DNA of 63,849 bases, filler included. It is 4 parts of 4 records of this genome, joined end to end, with 100 filler letters (N's around TTAATTAATTAA, not from the genome) between each part and the next. Parts side by side here need not be neighbours in the genome. Positions count along the whole stretch, not along the records: positions 43,372 to 58,695 come from SRR22947725_2348; positions 58,796 to 63,849 come from SRR22947725_2492; 2 more parts are not named here. One strand, 5' to 3'. This document shows positions 52,564-63,575 of the stretch, piece by piece. The position numbers and the translations under genes were made by a program. Below the pieces are notes generated by a model, which was given only the letters and a program-made list of their open reading frames with translations, made no database searches and was not told where the DNA came from. Positions within the stretch are counted from its first letter, which is position 1. Every line of letters starts with the position of its first letter.

Positions 52564-53952
52564 CTAGAAATCGAACAAATTCTTCACCCTTCTGCTGCTG
52601 GAGAGCTTTCGGAGCACGCGACCGAAGCCGCCGAGCCCGTGACCCCCTGAGCGAGTTGTGGCCACGTCCTCGACCCCTCGGTTGGAGCCTTGGCTCTGCA
52701 AGGAGCTTGCGGAACGGTTGGCATCGACTCTGATAATGTCTTCAGTTTCCATCTTCGTCTGAGACTCGTCGTTGCTGGATCCCTGCGTCTGCTTGGCGTG
52801 CAGTGACATCCTTCCGAGCGTAGGGGATTCACCGGCCAGAAACCTTGTGATCCGACGCTTCAGCGTGAAGGCGCTCGGGCGATCCTCGGCCTTGTACGTG
52901 AGCATGTCGAGGATGATGTTGCGGCAGCCGATCGAAACGCACTCGGGAAACGACGAGAGCTGGTAGCTCGTGATGGCGTGTTTGATGGCCACCTTATCCT
53001 TGCCGTTGAACGGGAGCTTGCCCGTCACAAGCTCGAACAGCGTCACGCCCAGGGCCCAAATGTCCACCTTGTCATCATTTGGACGAATCGTCAGGGGATC
53101 GATCGCCTTGCTCATGATCATGTCGACCGGTGGGAGTGCCAAGACTTCTGGGGCCATGTACTCGACGGTGCCGACCGGGGAGATGGCCGACTCCTGGTGG
53201 GAACTCATGGTCAGGCCGAAATCACCCAGCAGGACGCGCAAGTCCCTCCCGAGGAATATGTTTTCCAGCTTGATGTCTCTGTGTATGATGCCCATAGAGT
53301 GAATCTGGCACAGGGTGTTCAAGAGTGGCACGACGATGCTGGCCAGTGCATCACGCTCGTGCAGCGCCTTCTTGCGCTTGAGGATCCACTCGAGCAGATC
53401 TCCACCCTCACAGTACTCCATGACGATGTAGTAGTGGAGGTCGTCCGCGAACGCGTCGAGCGCCTTGACGATGTTCGGGACCCCCTTCCGCTCCATGAAC
53501 GCCATCATCGCCACCTCCCTCTTGATGGCGCGGAGCTTGGTATGCGTCACCTTGTTTTTAAAGTAGACCTTGATCGCCACGGTCTTTCCAGCCTCCTGTG
53601 AGCCCCCGATCGGCCTCAGGCACGTCCCCTTGTAGATCATGGTGTCCTTGCCCCGGCCAATTTCCTCAAGGCTCTCAAAGTCCCTGCCGATGTCCCAGTC
53701 GCGACGGTTGAACAGGCCGTGGGGGAACTTTGGGATCTGCCTCTCGATGTTCTGCTGCCGCGATATGGCGCTCTTCGTCCTCACGACCGTGCCAGGGGCG
53801 GGCCTCGGGGACTCGACCTCGACAACGACGTCAATGACCCTGTCAAACTCGCGGGACCCGTCGATGGGCTTGTCTGCGACGCCCGCTCCCTGCCCGAAAC
53901 CGTCGCCTAGAGGTCTGAATTGGTCAATGGCCTTCGCCATTGGCTCGATCAT
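52564..53952 (-). CDS. Ser/Thr protein kinase (Aurora/CAMK-like)
   Basis: VAIK, HRDIKLEN, DFG, GTVEYMAPE, DIWALG. Confidence 0.92.
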   Translation of the reverse strand: MIEPMAKAIDQFRPLGDGFGQGAGVADKPIDGSREFDRVIDVVVEVESPRPAPGTVVRTKSAISRQQNIERQIPKFPHGLFNRRDWDIGRDFESLEEIGRGKDTMIYKGTCLRPIGGSQEAGKTVAIKVYFKNKVTHTKLRAIKREVAMMAFMERKGVPNIVKALDAFADDLHYYIVMEYCEGGDLLEWILKRKKALHERDALASIVVPLLNTLCQIHSMGIIHRDIKLENIFLGRDLRVLLGDFGLTMSSHQESAISPVGTVEYMAPEVLALPPVDMIMSKAIDPLTIRPNDDKVDIWALGVTLFELVTGKLPFNGKDKVAIKHAITSYQLSSFPECVSIGCRNIILDMLTYKAEDRPSAFTLKRRITRFLAGESPTLGRMSLHAKQTQGSSNDESQTKMETEDIIRVDANRSASSLQSQGSNRGVEDVATTRSGGHGLGGFGRVLRKLSSSRRVKNLFDF

Positions 53953-54400
53953 TCCGCTCCGAGGTGGTTCCCACGACGACGACGACGACACGAACGAAAT
54001 CCCACCTACCCTCGACTTCGATGTTGGGTGACCGCCGGCTTCTGAGCGGTCTATAAACCTACAAACACGACTTTGATACCACAATTATAAGCATATACAG
54101 CCCGGCCACCGCGGCGAGAACCGAATCAGCGGTCAACAAAGGGTCAGAGCGCCCAATGAAAATCTGTGAGTGAACGACGTGCCTGCGTTGACCACTCGGA
54201 CGGCGAGATACGGTCCCGTGGGTGCCCCGGGAATACCTCGATTTACACTAGATCCGAAAACAATTAACAAGCCCGATCGCACATCAGATGCGTATCTTGG
54301 GTTTTGTGAGGGTTTCCCGAGTCTCGTTCGACCGCACTAGACATACGTGGGTCCCGCCCCCGACGACGACGACGGCGGCGGTGGGCGGGCGGCGCACCGG

Positions 54401-56264
54401 TCAGCCCGGCGGGGCCTTCACCCCGCATTCTTTCCAGCCGTCCTCCATATTTCGAGGGCTGCACATGCCATCGCAGGCCGAGTCCTTGACTCCCATGGGC
54501 TTGGCGCCCGCCGCACACGAGCGCCAGTCCGTGCAAAAGTTCTGGTCGTCGTCGAACTCGACATCGAGGCCAAGCATCCACGTTCCGATAGTGGTATCCA
54601 TGTGTGCGTATCTCTGGAGCACCTCCCGGCTGCGGGCCAAGTGCCTGGCGACGAGTCTGCTGAAGCCGAACATGGCCGATCTGGCGTGCGTCGGGTACAC
54701 CTTTCCCTTTCCGTCGCCGAACCGGCCATGCAGGGGTTCGTACCACCCTTTGCCATCCTCGGTAACGATGGTACCGCTCTTCATACATCCCATGTACCTG
54801 TTGCCTTCGTTCATCTTTTTCGTCAGGTACTTGCGTAGGTTTTGCGGAAGCACGAGCAAGTCGTCAGAGACGACAAAGTAAAATGAGGCGTCATGGTGTT
54901 TGACGGCGTAGTGGAGTGCGCTGAGCAGTGCGTCTGTCTCCTCGGACCTATCGGCTGGGAGTGTGATGGGCACAATGTCTGCGTTCTGCGACATCTCCTT
55001 GTCCAGGGCGTCCTTATGGGGGCCGGAGAACTGTGTTCCGATGAAAAACCTGGACATCACCTGGTTCCCCTCTAGGGCGTTCCCCCAGGTTCTCCGGATG
55101 GTATCTCGCTGTTCCTGCTTTCCGGGGCTTGAGCGCACGATGATGAACGCGAGCAGGTCCGGGTCCTTGGCGCCGTCAAGCGGGATGGCAACCGCGTCCT
55201 GTTCGTACCGCCTCCAGGGCAGCTGGGTGTGCACCTCGTTCCAGAGTTTCGTGAGCAGGTTGTTGCGGTGTGTGATGATTTCGTCCTTTCGCTTGATGAC
55301 TGCGGCCATGCTCGGCTCGTTCACGGTCTCCTCAAACACGAGCGGTGAGTGGAAGGCCTCCACGAGAGCCACTGTGGTGGGGCTGCTGGAGGACTCGCTC
55401 GGATCTTTTCGGTCTGCGGAGGAACCCACGGATAGCGCCTTCCCCACATCTTGAATCAGAATTCGCAGCGTGTGGATTCCCTGCGGGAGTGGCGGCAAGC
55501 CGATGTCGAGTTTGAACACAATGACGCGAGGGTCCGCGCCGGCCGTCGTCGCGCAACTCTCGTGTACGTCCGCGGGCAGGTCGCGCTCGCTGTACGTGTC
55601 CACCACGTCAACAGAAGCAACGACTATGTCGTCAATGACGGCATACACGTGAGCCGACGTGGCCGTCGAGGGGGCTGGGGATGAGGGAGACGATGGGGCA
55701 TTCGTCGACGACCGATGGCAAGCCCACCCGGTGACGCGGCCCCCCTCCACCGAGTCCACGGAGGCGATGGAAGTTGTCTCATCGGCCGCCGCGACGTTCT
55801 TTGAGACCGGCAGCTCGACGCCGATTCCCCTGATTTCGTCCACTGCTCGCCTCCCCTTGGGCCGCACACTGTAGAACAGCGGCAGGTGCGACCCTCCGCA
55901 CCCTGAACCAGTGTCATCGTCCGTGCCGGTCGTAGCCGCATTTGATGTTGCATGGGCATCGCCGCCTCTGGTCTTCCGGGCCAGATACGCGCCGTCGCCC
56001 CCGCCGCTCTGGCCGGCTCCGGTGCCTCGTCTGGGCTGGCCGGGCGCGGCCCGCAGTTTCGCCAGCTCGACATGCTGGTCCCACAGCCTGATTTTCGGGG
56101 CGATGAGCGTAAAATAGGCAATCTTGGTCCACGAACGGAGACGCCGAGGGAAGGAGACGAACGGAAACGCACCGTTTTGCGACGAATAAGCAGGCCAAGA
56201 ATGTGACGATCGTGACGAACGACGACCCGCCCCTCCGCGCTTTGCCCATGGCCTTGGGGGCCAT
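54401..56264 (-). CDS. GT31 beta-1,3-galactosyltransferase-like type II membrane protein; intron 56172-56088
   Basis: N-terminal TM; RDTIRRTW, YMGCMKSG, WYEP, DTTIGTWMLGLDV. Confidence 0.8.
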
Positions 56265-56355
56265 GCTCCTCGTGTGTGATACAGATAAAAAGATGACGCA
56301 GGTGGGTGGCGCGCGCAGCAGTTCACAATCCTTTCTAAGAATGATCCAGCCGGCC

Positions 56356-58695
56356 TCACATACCGTGCAGCAACACCTTGCCGATGACCACTGCTGCCAG
56401 GCCACTCAGGCAAACCACCACCACCGTCGAGTCGATCGCGCCCGCGCCGAGTCCGCCCCCGAGTCCGCCCCCGAGACCACCTCCGAGTCGGTCGCCGAGC
56501 GCGCCCTCGATCGCCCCCTCGACGAACGAAACCAACGATGGAGGCAGACCATCCCTGACTGATATCCACATCTGATGTAACCTGAGCCAGGATACGGCGA
56601 GCGCGCCCGGTAAATACCCCGAACCATGCATGGCTTGCTCGTAGTGTCTCTGGGCGAGCTGCAAGTCCTGGGGCAAGCCGAGCCCGTGCTCGTGCATGTA
56701 GCCCAGGTTGAACGAGGCCCGCGCAATGTTCAGCTTAGATGCTGCTTTGTACATGTCGGCCGCCTTTTTCAGGTCGACCCCCGTGCCCCTTCCGTACCAG
56801 TAGGCGTCGCCGAGAGGGACCAGGGCGGCGTGATTGCCCTGAACCAACGACCACTTGTACATCCGGGCCCCCAGCTCGGCCGCCCCCTCGCCCCCGTATC
56901 CCAGTCCGCTGCTAATCATCCACGCAGCGTTGTGCTGGGCAAGCTCGACGCCCGCGTCGGCGGCGCGCAGGTAGTTGTACAGCGCCCAGCTATAGTCGCC
57001 TGCTGCAAAGTCCGCTGTCGCCTCGGAAAGCGATCCCCAGCCCCGCTCTGCGACGTTCTTCAGCAGCTTGACGGCCCGTTCACAGTTGTCGCCGCGCGCC
57101 AGCAGCAGCCCGGCCAGGTCGTAGGAGGCCAGCAGGTGGCCGAGGCGGGTCGCCCCTTCCAGCCACTGCACCCCCTTGGCAGCATCCTTGGGCGTGCCCC
57201 AGCCCATTAGGGTCATGAAGCCTGCAAAATGATTGAGCGAACGTCCGTTGGGCTGGTAAGAATGGCAAAAAGTCAGCGCTACCGACAGGATTTGAACCTG
57301 CGCGACTCTCGTCAGCGGATGGCACGACGTCGTTCCACGGATTCGAAACCGGGATGCGTTCAAGTCCGCCCCCTTAACCACTCGGGCACAGCAGCACCAG
57401 TGAGTCCAGAGGAATTTTCGGGCCGGGTGGGTCACGCGGAGGCCCTCGGCGGTCGTCGAGCCACCAACGACGAAAACGACAAGGAAGCGAAAATGCAACG
57501 ACGGGGATCACGTGCCTGCGTAGAAGAACGCATCCGACCTGCCCGGCCAGTCTTTGTCGATGGAGATGGCCTGAGTGAAATACTGCACCGCCTTCTGGTG
57601 GTCGACATGGACACCCTGACCGTTTAGGTACATGACGCCGAGCCCGAACAGCCCACTTGGGTGGCCCTTTTCGGCGGCCTTCAGGAACCAGCTCCTAGCA
57701 GTCGAGTTGTTCTGGGCGACGGCGATGCCGCTCGCATACGCATGTCCAATATGCGCCATGGCGGCCCCGTCGCCCATGTCAGCAGCCTGCATCAGGTACT
57801 CGAGGGCGGCGCCGAGGTCCTGCTCCTCCCCATGTATGAGCAGGTGCGCCACCGCCTTGGCGGCCTCCGCATGTCCGTGGTCTGCGAACCACTGGTAGTG
57901 GAGCATCTCCTGTTCCACGGTCGGCACGGGCTTGATTCCGTCCGTCGGCCTCCTGTCGAGGAGGCGGGCCGCGTCGTCGACTGGAAGCCCGCCCTCCATC
58001 GCGGCGGAGTGGATTACTCCGGAAGCCACGGCCTCGTAGTAGATCACGGCCGCGTGGCAGCTTTTCTCGACGCCGATGCCGTACAAGTGCCGGAAACCGA
58101 GCGCCATCTGCGCCACCGGGTCCTCCGCCTTGGCCGAGAACAGATAGTGCAACATGGATCGGTCGAGGTCGGGCTCCCGCAGGACGAACATGATGTCGTC
58201 CCTGTTCTGCGCGACGGGCTCGATGCCCATCGCGTACATGGTCGCCAGATCGCACTGAAACTCGGCGACCCCTGCCGCAGCCAGCTCGCGCACAAGCTTG
58301 TGCGCGATGGCCGGATTGATGGGCGCGCCCGTCCCGCTCCGAAACGCGTACACAAGCTCCCGCACGGCTTCAATGTGCTGAATTTTCCCGTGCCTCCATC
58401 GGACCTCGACGTCGTCCGCCGTATGAAAGGTGGCGTTTGGGTTGGACGACGTGTTCATCGACAGGTGCACCACGCCGGCGGCCGCGTACAGCTCGTGGAT
58501 CGACCGCTTCAGGTCCTCCTTGTTCTTTGTCATGACGGGCCCTCCCAGTGTGTCGTCCGTGTCGTCCGTTGAGACGAACCGCAGCGACATGGCTCGCTCG
58601 TACAGGTCCTGGGCGCGGTCGTACTCGGCAGCCTCTCTTTCCTCGCGCTCATACTCGTCCTCATACTCCTCGTCCTCCTCGTCCTCCTCGTCCTC
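56356..58695 (-). CDS. SEL1L/HRD3 ERAD component (Sel1 repeats, C-terminal TM); GC-AG intron 57515-57222; 5'-truncated
   Basis: AQMALGFRHLYGIGVEKSC, LAQHNAAW, FNLGYMHEHGLGLPQDLQLAQRHY; splice restores FYA|GFMTLMGWG repeat. Confidence 0.88.
57277..57395 (-). tRNA. tRNA-Ser(UGA) with a 38-nt intron (57358-57321)
   Basis: Acceptor GCTGCTG/CGGTAGC, D arm GCCCGAGTGGTTAAGGG, anticodon arm GCGGA-CTTGAA^A-TCCGC, long variable arm, GGTTCAAATCC, G73, downstream TTTTT. Confidence 0.92.
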
Positions 58696-58795
58696 NNNNN
58701 NNNNNNNNNNNNNNNNNNNNNNNNNNNNNNNNNNNNNNNTTAATTAATTAANNNNNNNNNNNNNNNNNNNNNNNNNNNNNNNNNNNNNNNNNNNN
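58696..58795. other. Artificial contig spacer
   Basis: N-TTAATTAATTAA-N; GC-rich to AT-rich switch. Confidence 0.99.
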
Positions 58796-58796
58796 C

Positions 58797-58880
58797 TATA
58801 ACTTTGCTGATGTATGGAACAAAATTGCGTTTGGTGTAATTATCTGGAACGTTGCTGTAACAGAGTCAGAAACTAAATAA
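58797..58880 (+). CDS. Proteorhodopsin C-terminal fragment (helix G)
   Basis: YNFADVWNKIAFGVIIWNVA with DxxNK retinal-binding Lys; upstream of crtEIBY-blh. Confidence 0.88.
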   Translation, partial: YNFADVWNKIAFGVIIWNVAVTESETK

Positions 58881-58889
58881 ATCTATTTT

Positions 58890-58920
58890 GAGGGGGTAAC
58901 AAATTAATTGTTACCCCCTC
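58890..58920 (+). terminator. Hairpin/terminator between rhodopsin and crtE
   Basis: Perfect inverted repeat GAGGGGGTAACAA-ATTAA-TTGTTACCCCCTC; T-rich tract shortly downstream. Confidence 0.75.
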
Positions 58921-58967
58921 ACGTCACTTATTTTTTTATAAATTTTTAATATCTTAGGAGGCACCCA

Positions 58968-59972
58968 ATGGACAAGCTATCAGCATTATCCACGGATGCC
59001 TTTAATTTTAATGGTTTGATTACAGATAGATCACCAAATGTTAATCATGTTCATGAATTAATCCTAAACAGATTAGAAAATGTAGATGCTTCTCTTTCTG
59101 ACGCTGCATTTTACCATTTTAAGTCACCAGGAAAAATGCTGCGAGCTAAAATGGCTATGCAAAGCGCATCATTGGCAAAAATAGATATTTCTATTTCGCT
59201 ACTCTGGGCCGCTTCTGTAGAGGTTTTGCATAACGCTTCTTTAATACATGATGATATCTGTGATGGAGATAAACAACGACGTGGGCGAGCTTCAATATGG
59301 ATAAAATTTGGTAGAGATACGGCCCTAACTCTTGGTGATTGGCTTATTGCGCTATCGTTTGAATTGGCATCAGAAGCAGCTGAGATGTCAAATACACCTA
59401 GATTGGTTGGAATTTTAGCTAGACATATGGCAACTACTACAGCTGGACAAGCAATGGAGTTTAGGTGGGATAGTACTCAAAGTTGGGATGTTTACCTAAA
59501 AATTGCAGCGGATAAGACTGCTCCATTGTTAACCGCTCCGATACACGGTGTTACCCTTATGAGTGGAACCAGTGGCTTAGGTTTTGCAATTTCAGGATAT
59601 TTTTGTGATTTAGGCAAAGCTTATCAAATTGCTAATGACATTTTAAATTTTAAAGGTACAGATGGTGCTAAGCTAATAGCAGGTGACTTGGCTCGAAGGG
59701 CTCCAAACGCAGTAACTGTTTCTTTTGTTGAGTCATTAAATGACCATGAGCATAATGAATTTAAAGACTGGTATAATAATTCTAACAATGAGGATCTAAA
59801 GTTTTGGAGAGATAAAATACTTGCTTCAAGAGCGATAGAAACAGCCTCAGTTAGAATGCTAAAAATACTAAATGCTGCAGAATGCAACATCAATACTCTG
59901 CCAAGTTCAGCATTGGAAGCGGTTGTTCCGGTTCATACAATTATCAAACGTGTCTGCGCTCTATCTATATAA
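58968..59972 (+). CDS. crtE: Geranylgeranyl diphosphate synthase
   Basis: GKMLR, HNASLIHDDICDGDKQRRG, KTAPL; AGGAGG RBS. Confidence 0.88.
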   Translation: MDKLSALSTDAFNFNGLITDRSPNVNHVHELILNRLENVDASLSDAAFYHFKSPGKMLRAKMAMQSASLAKIDISISLLWAASVEVLHNASLIHDDICDGDKQRRGRASIWIKFGRDTALTLGDWLIALSFELASEAAEMSNTPRLVGILARHMATTTAGQAMEFRWDSTQSWDVYLKIAADKTAPLLTAPIHGVTLMSGTSGLGFAISGYFCDLGKAYQIANDILNFKGTDGAKLIAGDLARRAPNAVTVSFVESLNDHEHNEFKDWYNNSNNEDLKFWRDKILASRAIETASVRMLKILNAAECNINTLPSSALEAVVPVHTIIKRVCALSI

Positions 59973-60036
59973 TATAAACTCGTTAAAAACTATATGAATG
60001 TAACCATATGTTTTTGATATACTTGGAAATTATGAA

Positions 60037-61536
60037 TTGGTAAAAAATAATAAAAATATTCTCGTTATTGGGGCAGGATTTGGAGGTATTGCATCTGCTT
60101 TGCGTATGCGTGCTCGGGGATATAATGTAACTCTTGTAGATAGGTTAAGTGCAATAGGTGGCCGTGCTCAGGTTTTTAACCGTGGGGGATTTAAGCATGA
60201 TGCTGGGCCTACTGTAATAACTGCACCATTTTTATTTGATGAACTTTTTGAATTATTTGACGAGAAGCGTGAAAACTATGTTGAATTTAGAGGGCTAGAT
60301 CCTTGGTATAGGTTTTATTTTCATACAGGCGAGCAATTTGATTATAGACCCTCAATTGAAGATACAAATAAAGAAATAAGTAAATTCTCACAAAGTGATA
60401 TCAAAGGCTATGGTCGACTTCTAAAGGCTTCACAGGCTATTTATGAAATAGGGTTTGAAAAATTATCAGACAAACCTTTTACAAAATTTTGGGATATGAT
60501 GGTTCAGATACCAAGTTTAATAAGATTAAAAAGTTATTTTTCTGTCTCTGGTATAGTTAATAAATACATTAAACATCCACTCTTAAGACAAGCCTTTTCA
60601 ATTCACCCGCTCCTAGTTGGTGGCAACCCTTTTAGCACTACTTCGATATATGCCCTTATACATTATTTAGAACGAAGATGGGGTGTATTTTTTGCTATGG
60701 GGGGTACTGGAAAATTAGTTCAAGCGTTATATGATCTTATGGAAAGGGCTGGTATTGATATTGTTTTAGATACTGATATCGCTCAAATCGAAGTAAAAAA
60801 TAATAAAGCTTTTGGTGCGACAAGTGTTGACGGTAGGTTTTTCCCCGCAGAGCGTATTATATGCAATGGTGATCCACCAACTGTTTATGCACAAATGTTG
60901 CCAGGTGATAAAAATCAAAATAAGCGCTTGTTTCCCGAAAAATTAACACAATATTCTATGGGCCTTTTTGTATTATTTTTTGGTACAAAAAAGACGTATG
61001 ATGATATTGCACACCACACAATCTGGATGGGCCCAAGATATAAAGAATTACTGGCAGATATTTTTGATAGAAAAATATTAGCAGATGATTTTTCTTTATA
61101 TGTTCATAGGCCGACAGCTACAGATAAAAGCTTTGCCCCTGAGGGCTGCGATAGTTTTTACGTTCTATGCCCTGTGCCAAATTTAAGAGCAAATATTGAT
61201 TGGGATGAAACTGGCCCCATTTTGCAAGAAAGAATAGTTGATGCTTTATCCAATACTATAATGCCCGATTTGAAATCGGTTATTACAGATGATTTCTATA
61301 TGACCCCTGTTGATTTTAAGGATGATTACCGTTCAATGCATGGAGCTGGTTTTTCAATTGCACCAATCTTTTTACAATCAGCATGGTTTAGGTTTCACAA
61401 CAGAGACCCACATATAGATAATTTATATTTTGCTGCAGCGGGGGCTCATCCAGGAGCGGGTATACCTGGAGTATTATCATCCGCTAAAGTTGTAGAGAGC
61501 TTAGTTATGGAAGATGAAGCTAAAGAGCTAAACTAA
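60037..61536 (+). CDS. crtI: Phytoene desaturase
   Basis: GAGFGG, DAGPTVIT, HPGAGIPGV. Confidence 0.96.
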   Translation: MVKNNKNILVIGAGFGGIASALRMRARGYNVTLVDRLSAIGGRAQVFNRGGFKHDAGPTVITAPFLFDELFELFDEKRENYVEFRGLDPWYRFYFHTGEQFDYRPSIEDTNKEISKFSQSDIKGYGRLLKASQAIYEIGFEKLSDKPFTKFWDMMVQIPSLIRLKSYFSVSGIVNKYIKHPLLRQAFSIHPLLVGGNPFSTTSIYALIHYLERRWGVFFAMGGTGKLVQALYDLMERAGIDIVLDTDIAQIEVKNNKAFGATSVDGRFFPAERIICNGDPPTVYAQMLPGDKNQNKRLFPEKLTQYSMGLFVLFFGTKKTYDDIAHHTIWMGPRYKELLADIFDRKILADDFSLYVHRPTATDKSFAPEGCDSFYVLCPVPNLRANIDWDETGPILQERIVDALSNTIMPDLKSVITDDFYMTPVDFKDDYRSMHGAGFSIAPIFLQSAWFRFHNRDPHIDNLYFAAAGAHPGAGIPGVLSSAKVVESLVMEDEAKELN

Positions 61537-61573
61537 TTTAAATTAAGTAGTTATGTAATTTTGGTGATATATT

Positions 61574-62494
61574 TTGAATAAAATAGATAGTGAAAACCTA
61601 ACACCTACAAAAGCGCTGGCTATTTATGGTAAAAGTTTTAATTGGGCAAAAAGATTTCTTGGTAAAGAAATGGGTACCAATGCAGCAATCTTATATAGGT
61701 TTTGTAGAGTTCTAGATGATATGGCTGATGGTGATATTATCAATGGGCCAGAAAGATTACATAAAATACGTGATGGATTATTGAATGACTATCTAACAAA
61801 TGACCCTTTATTATCGGATTTTGAATTTTTTATTACATCAAAAAAATTACCAAAATTGGTAATAATTTCATTAATAGATGGCTTACTTGGTGACCAGAAT
61901 AATGTTTTAATAGAAAACGAAAAAGAGTTACTTCGCTACTGTTATCGAGTTGCAAGTACAGTTGGAATACTTATGTGTAAGGTACTAAATTGCGAAAAAA
62001 GTAGCGCAATAAATCATGCAATAGATTTAGGTATCGCAATGCAATTAACAAATATTGCCCGGGATATACTTGAGGATGCAGAAATGGGTAGACGTTATTT
62101 ACCTAAAAGTTGGGTTGGAGATGTTTCGCCAAAAAAGATAGTTAAAATCAGCAAGTCCCCTAATTCTCAAGAAGCGAAAAATATATCGATGGGATCGCAA
62201 AAGTTACTTAAGCTTGCAGAAAAGTATTACTCTAGTGGTTTGGCTGGATGCTCCTATTTGCCCTTAAGGGCTCATGCCTCAATTGCAATAGCTGCAGTTG
62301 TTTACCGGCAAATAGGTATTAAAATCAAATTTAAAAAATATTCTTGGTTTAATGGCAGAGAATTTACTTCAATAAATGAGAAACTTTATTGTAGTTTAGT
62401 AGCTATTTTATTGTTACGCAGACGTTTTTTTAGATTGGCACCTCATAAAAAAAATCTTCATTATGCATTAAAGGGTTTGCCATATGTCAAATAA
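61574..62494 (+). CDS. crtB: Phytoene synthase
   Basis: CRVLDDMAD, YCYRVA, QLTNIARDILED, GRRYLP. Confidence 0.95.
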   Translation: MNKIDSENLTPTKALAIYGKSFNWAKRFLGKEMGTNAAILYRFCRVLDDMADGDIINGPERLHKIRDGLLNDYLTNDPLLSDFEFFITSKKLPKLVIISLIDGLLGDQNNVLIENEKELLRYCYRVASTVGILMCKVLNCEKSSAINHAIDLGIAMQLTNIARDILEDAEMGRRYLPKSWVGDVSPKKIVKISKSPNSQEAKNISMGSQKLLKLAEKYYSSGLAGCSYLPLRAHASIAIAAVVYRQIGIKIKFKKYSWFNGREFTSINEKLYCSLVAILLLRRRFFRLAPHKKNLHYALKGLPYVK

Positions 62495-63575
62495 ATTATT
62501 TGGTAAAACAAAAATTACTTTACTGGGTGCTGGATGTGCAAGCCTTTCTCTTGCAGCACGAGCAAATGAGCTTGATGCTTTTGATTTCACAATTGTTGAC
62601 TCAGGCGCTTATTCATCAAAAGACCATGTTTGGGGTTTTTGGTGCATGCCATGGCTATTAAATACTAACTCGATGTCGCGTAAAAAATGGTTTAAATGGA
62701 AAATAGTTAGCCATGATAAAGAAGTAATACATTCAACTGATCTGTTTCCATACTCTGCAATCAATAAAAATGAATGGATAAGTAATTGTAATAAAAAGGC
62801 GTTAAATAATAAGGTACATTTTAAAGAAAAAACATTACTTAACGATATATCACAAATATTAGATAGTAGGCCTCCCAAAGTTCCAGAAGGAAATATGCTT
62901 CAGCATTTTGTTGGATATGAAGTAGAATCTAAGAATGATATTTTTGATGATACTACAGCAATTTTAATGGATTTTAGATGTGATCAAAGCTTAGGTATGC
63001 ATTTTATTTATTGTTTGCCCTTCTCAAAACGACAAGCGCTTATTGAGTCAACTTTATTCACTTCTGAAATAGCCCCGTCAAAGTTTTATGACAATGCAAT
63101 TAAAAAATACCTCAATAAAATAATTGGTGCCGACGACTATAAAATCTTACGTGAGGAGAAAGGTGCGATTCCTTTGGGTGTATTTGAAAAAAGAAATCCA
63201 CTATATGATGGCATTGGTGGTAACGGAGGTGCGATAAGGCCATCAAGTGGTTATGCTTTTAGTTTTATTCAAAAACAAATTGATAAAATCATTAGCTCAT
63301 CTCAATCCGGCAATAAACTAAAAGTTTATGTTCCACACAGTAGGTTTGAATTATTGATGGATCGAATTTTTTTAAAAGTTTTGAGAAGGAGATATGAACT
63401 CGCTCCACGCATATTTACCAATATGGCAAACAGTTTATCGGGTGATGAATTTGCAAAGTTCTTAAATGGTGAAGCAAATATAAAATTGTGGACTAAAGTT
63501 ATATTTGCCATGCCAAAGATTCCCTTTATAGCAGGATTTTTTGAAACTTTAAAAAATAAAGATCCACGATGGTAG
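62484..63575 (+). CDS. crtY: Lycopene beta-cyclase
   Basis: GAGCA, QHFVG, LMDFR, EKGAIP, RPSSGYAF. Confidence 0.9.
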   Translation: MSNKLFGKTKITLLGAGCASLSLAARANELDAFDFTIVDSGAYSSKDHVWGFWCMPWLLNTNSMSRKKWFKWKIVSHDKEVIHSTDLFPYSAINKNEWISNCNKKALNNKVHFKEKTLLNDISQILDSRPPKVPEGNMLQHFVGYEVESKNDIFDDTTAILMDFRCDQSLGMHFIYCLPFSKRQALIESTLFTSEIAPSKFYDNAIKKYLNKIIGADDYKILREEKGAIPLGVFEKRNPLYDGIGGNGGAIRPSSGYAFSFIQKQIDKIISSSQSGNKLKVYVPHSRFELLMDRIFLKVLRRRYELAPRIFTNMANSLSGDEFAKFLNGEANIKLWTKVIFAMPKIPFIAGFFETLKNKDPRW

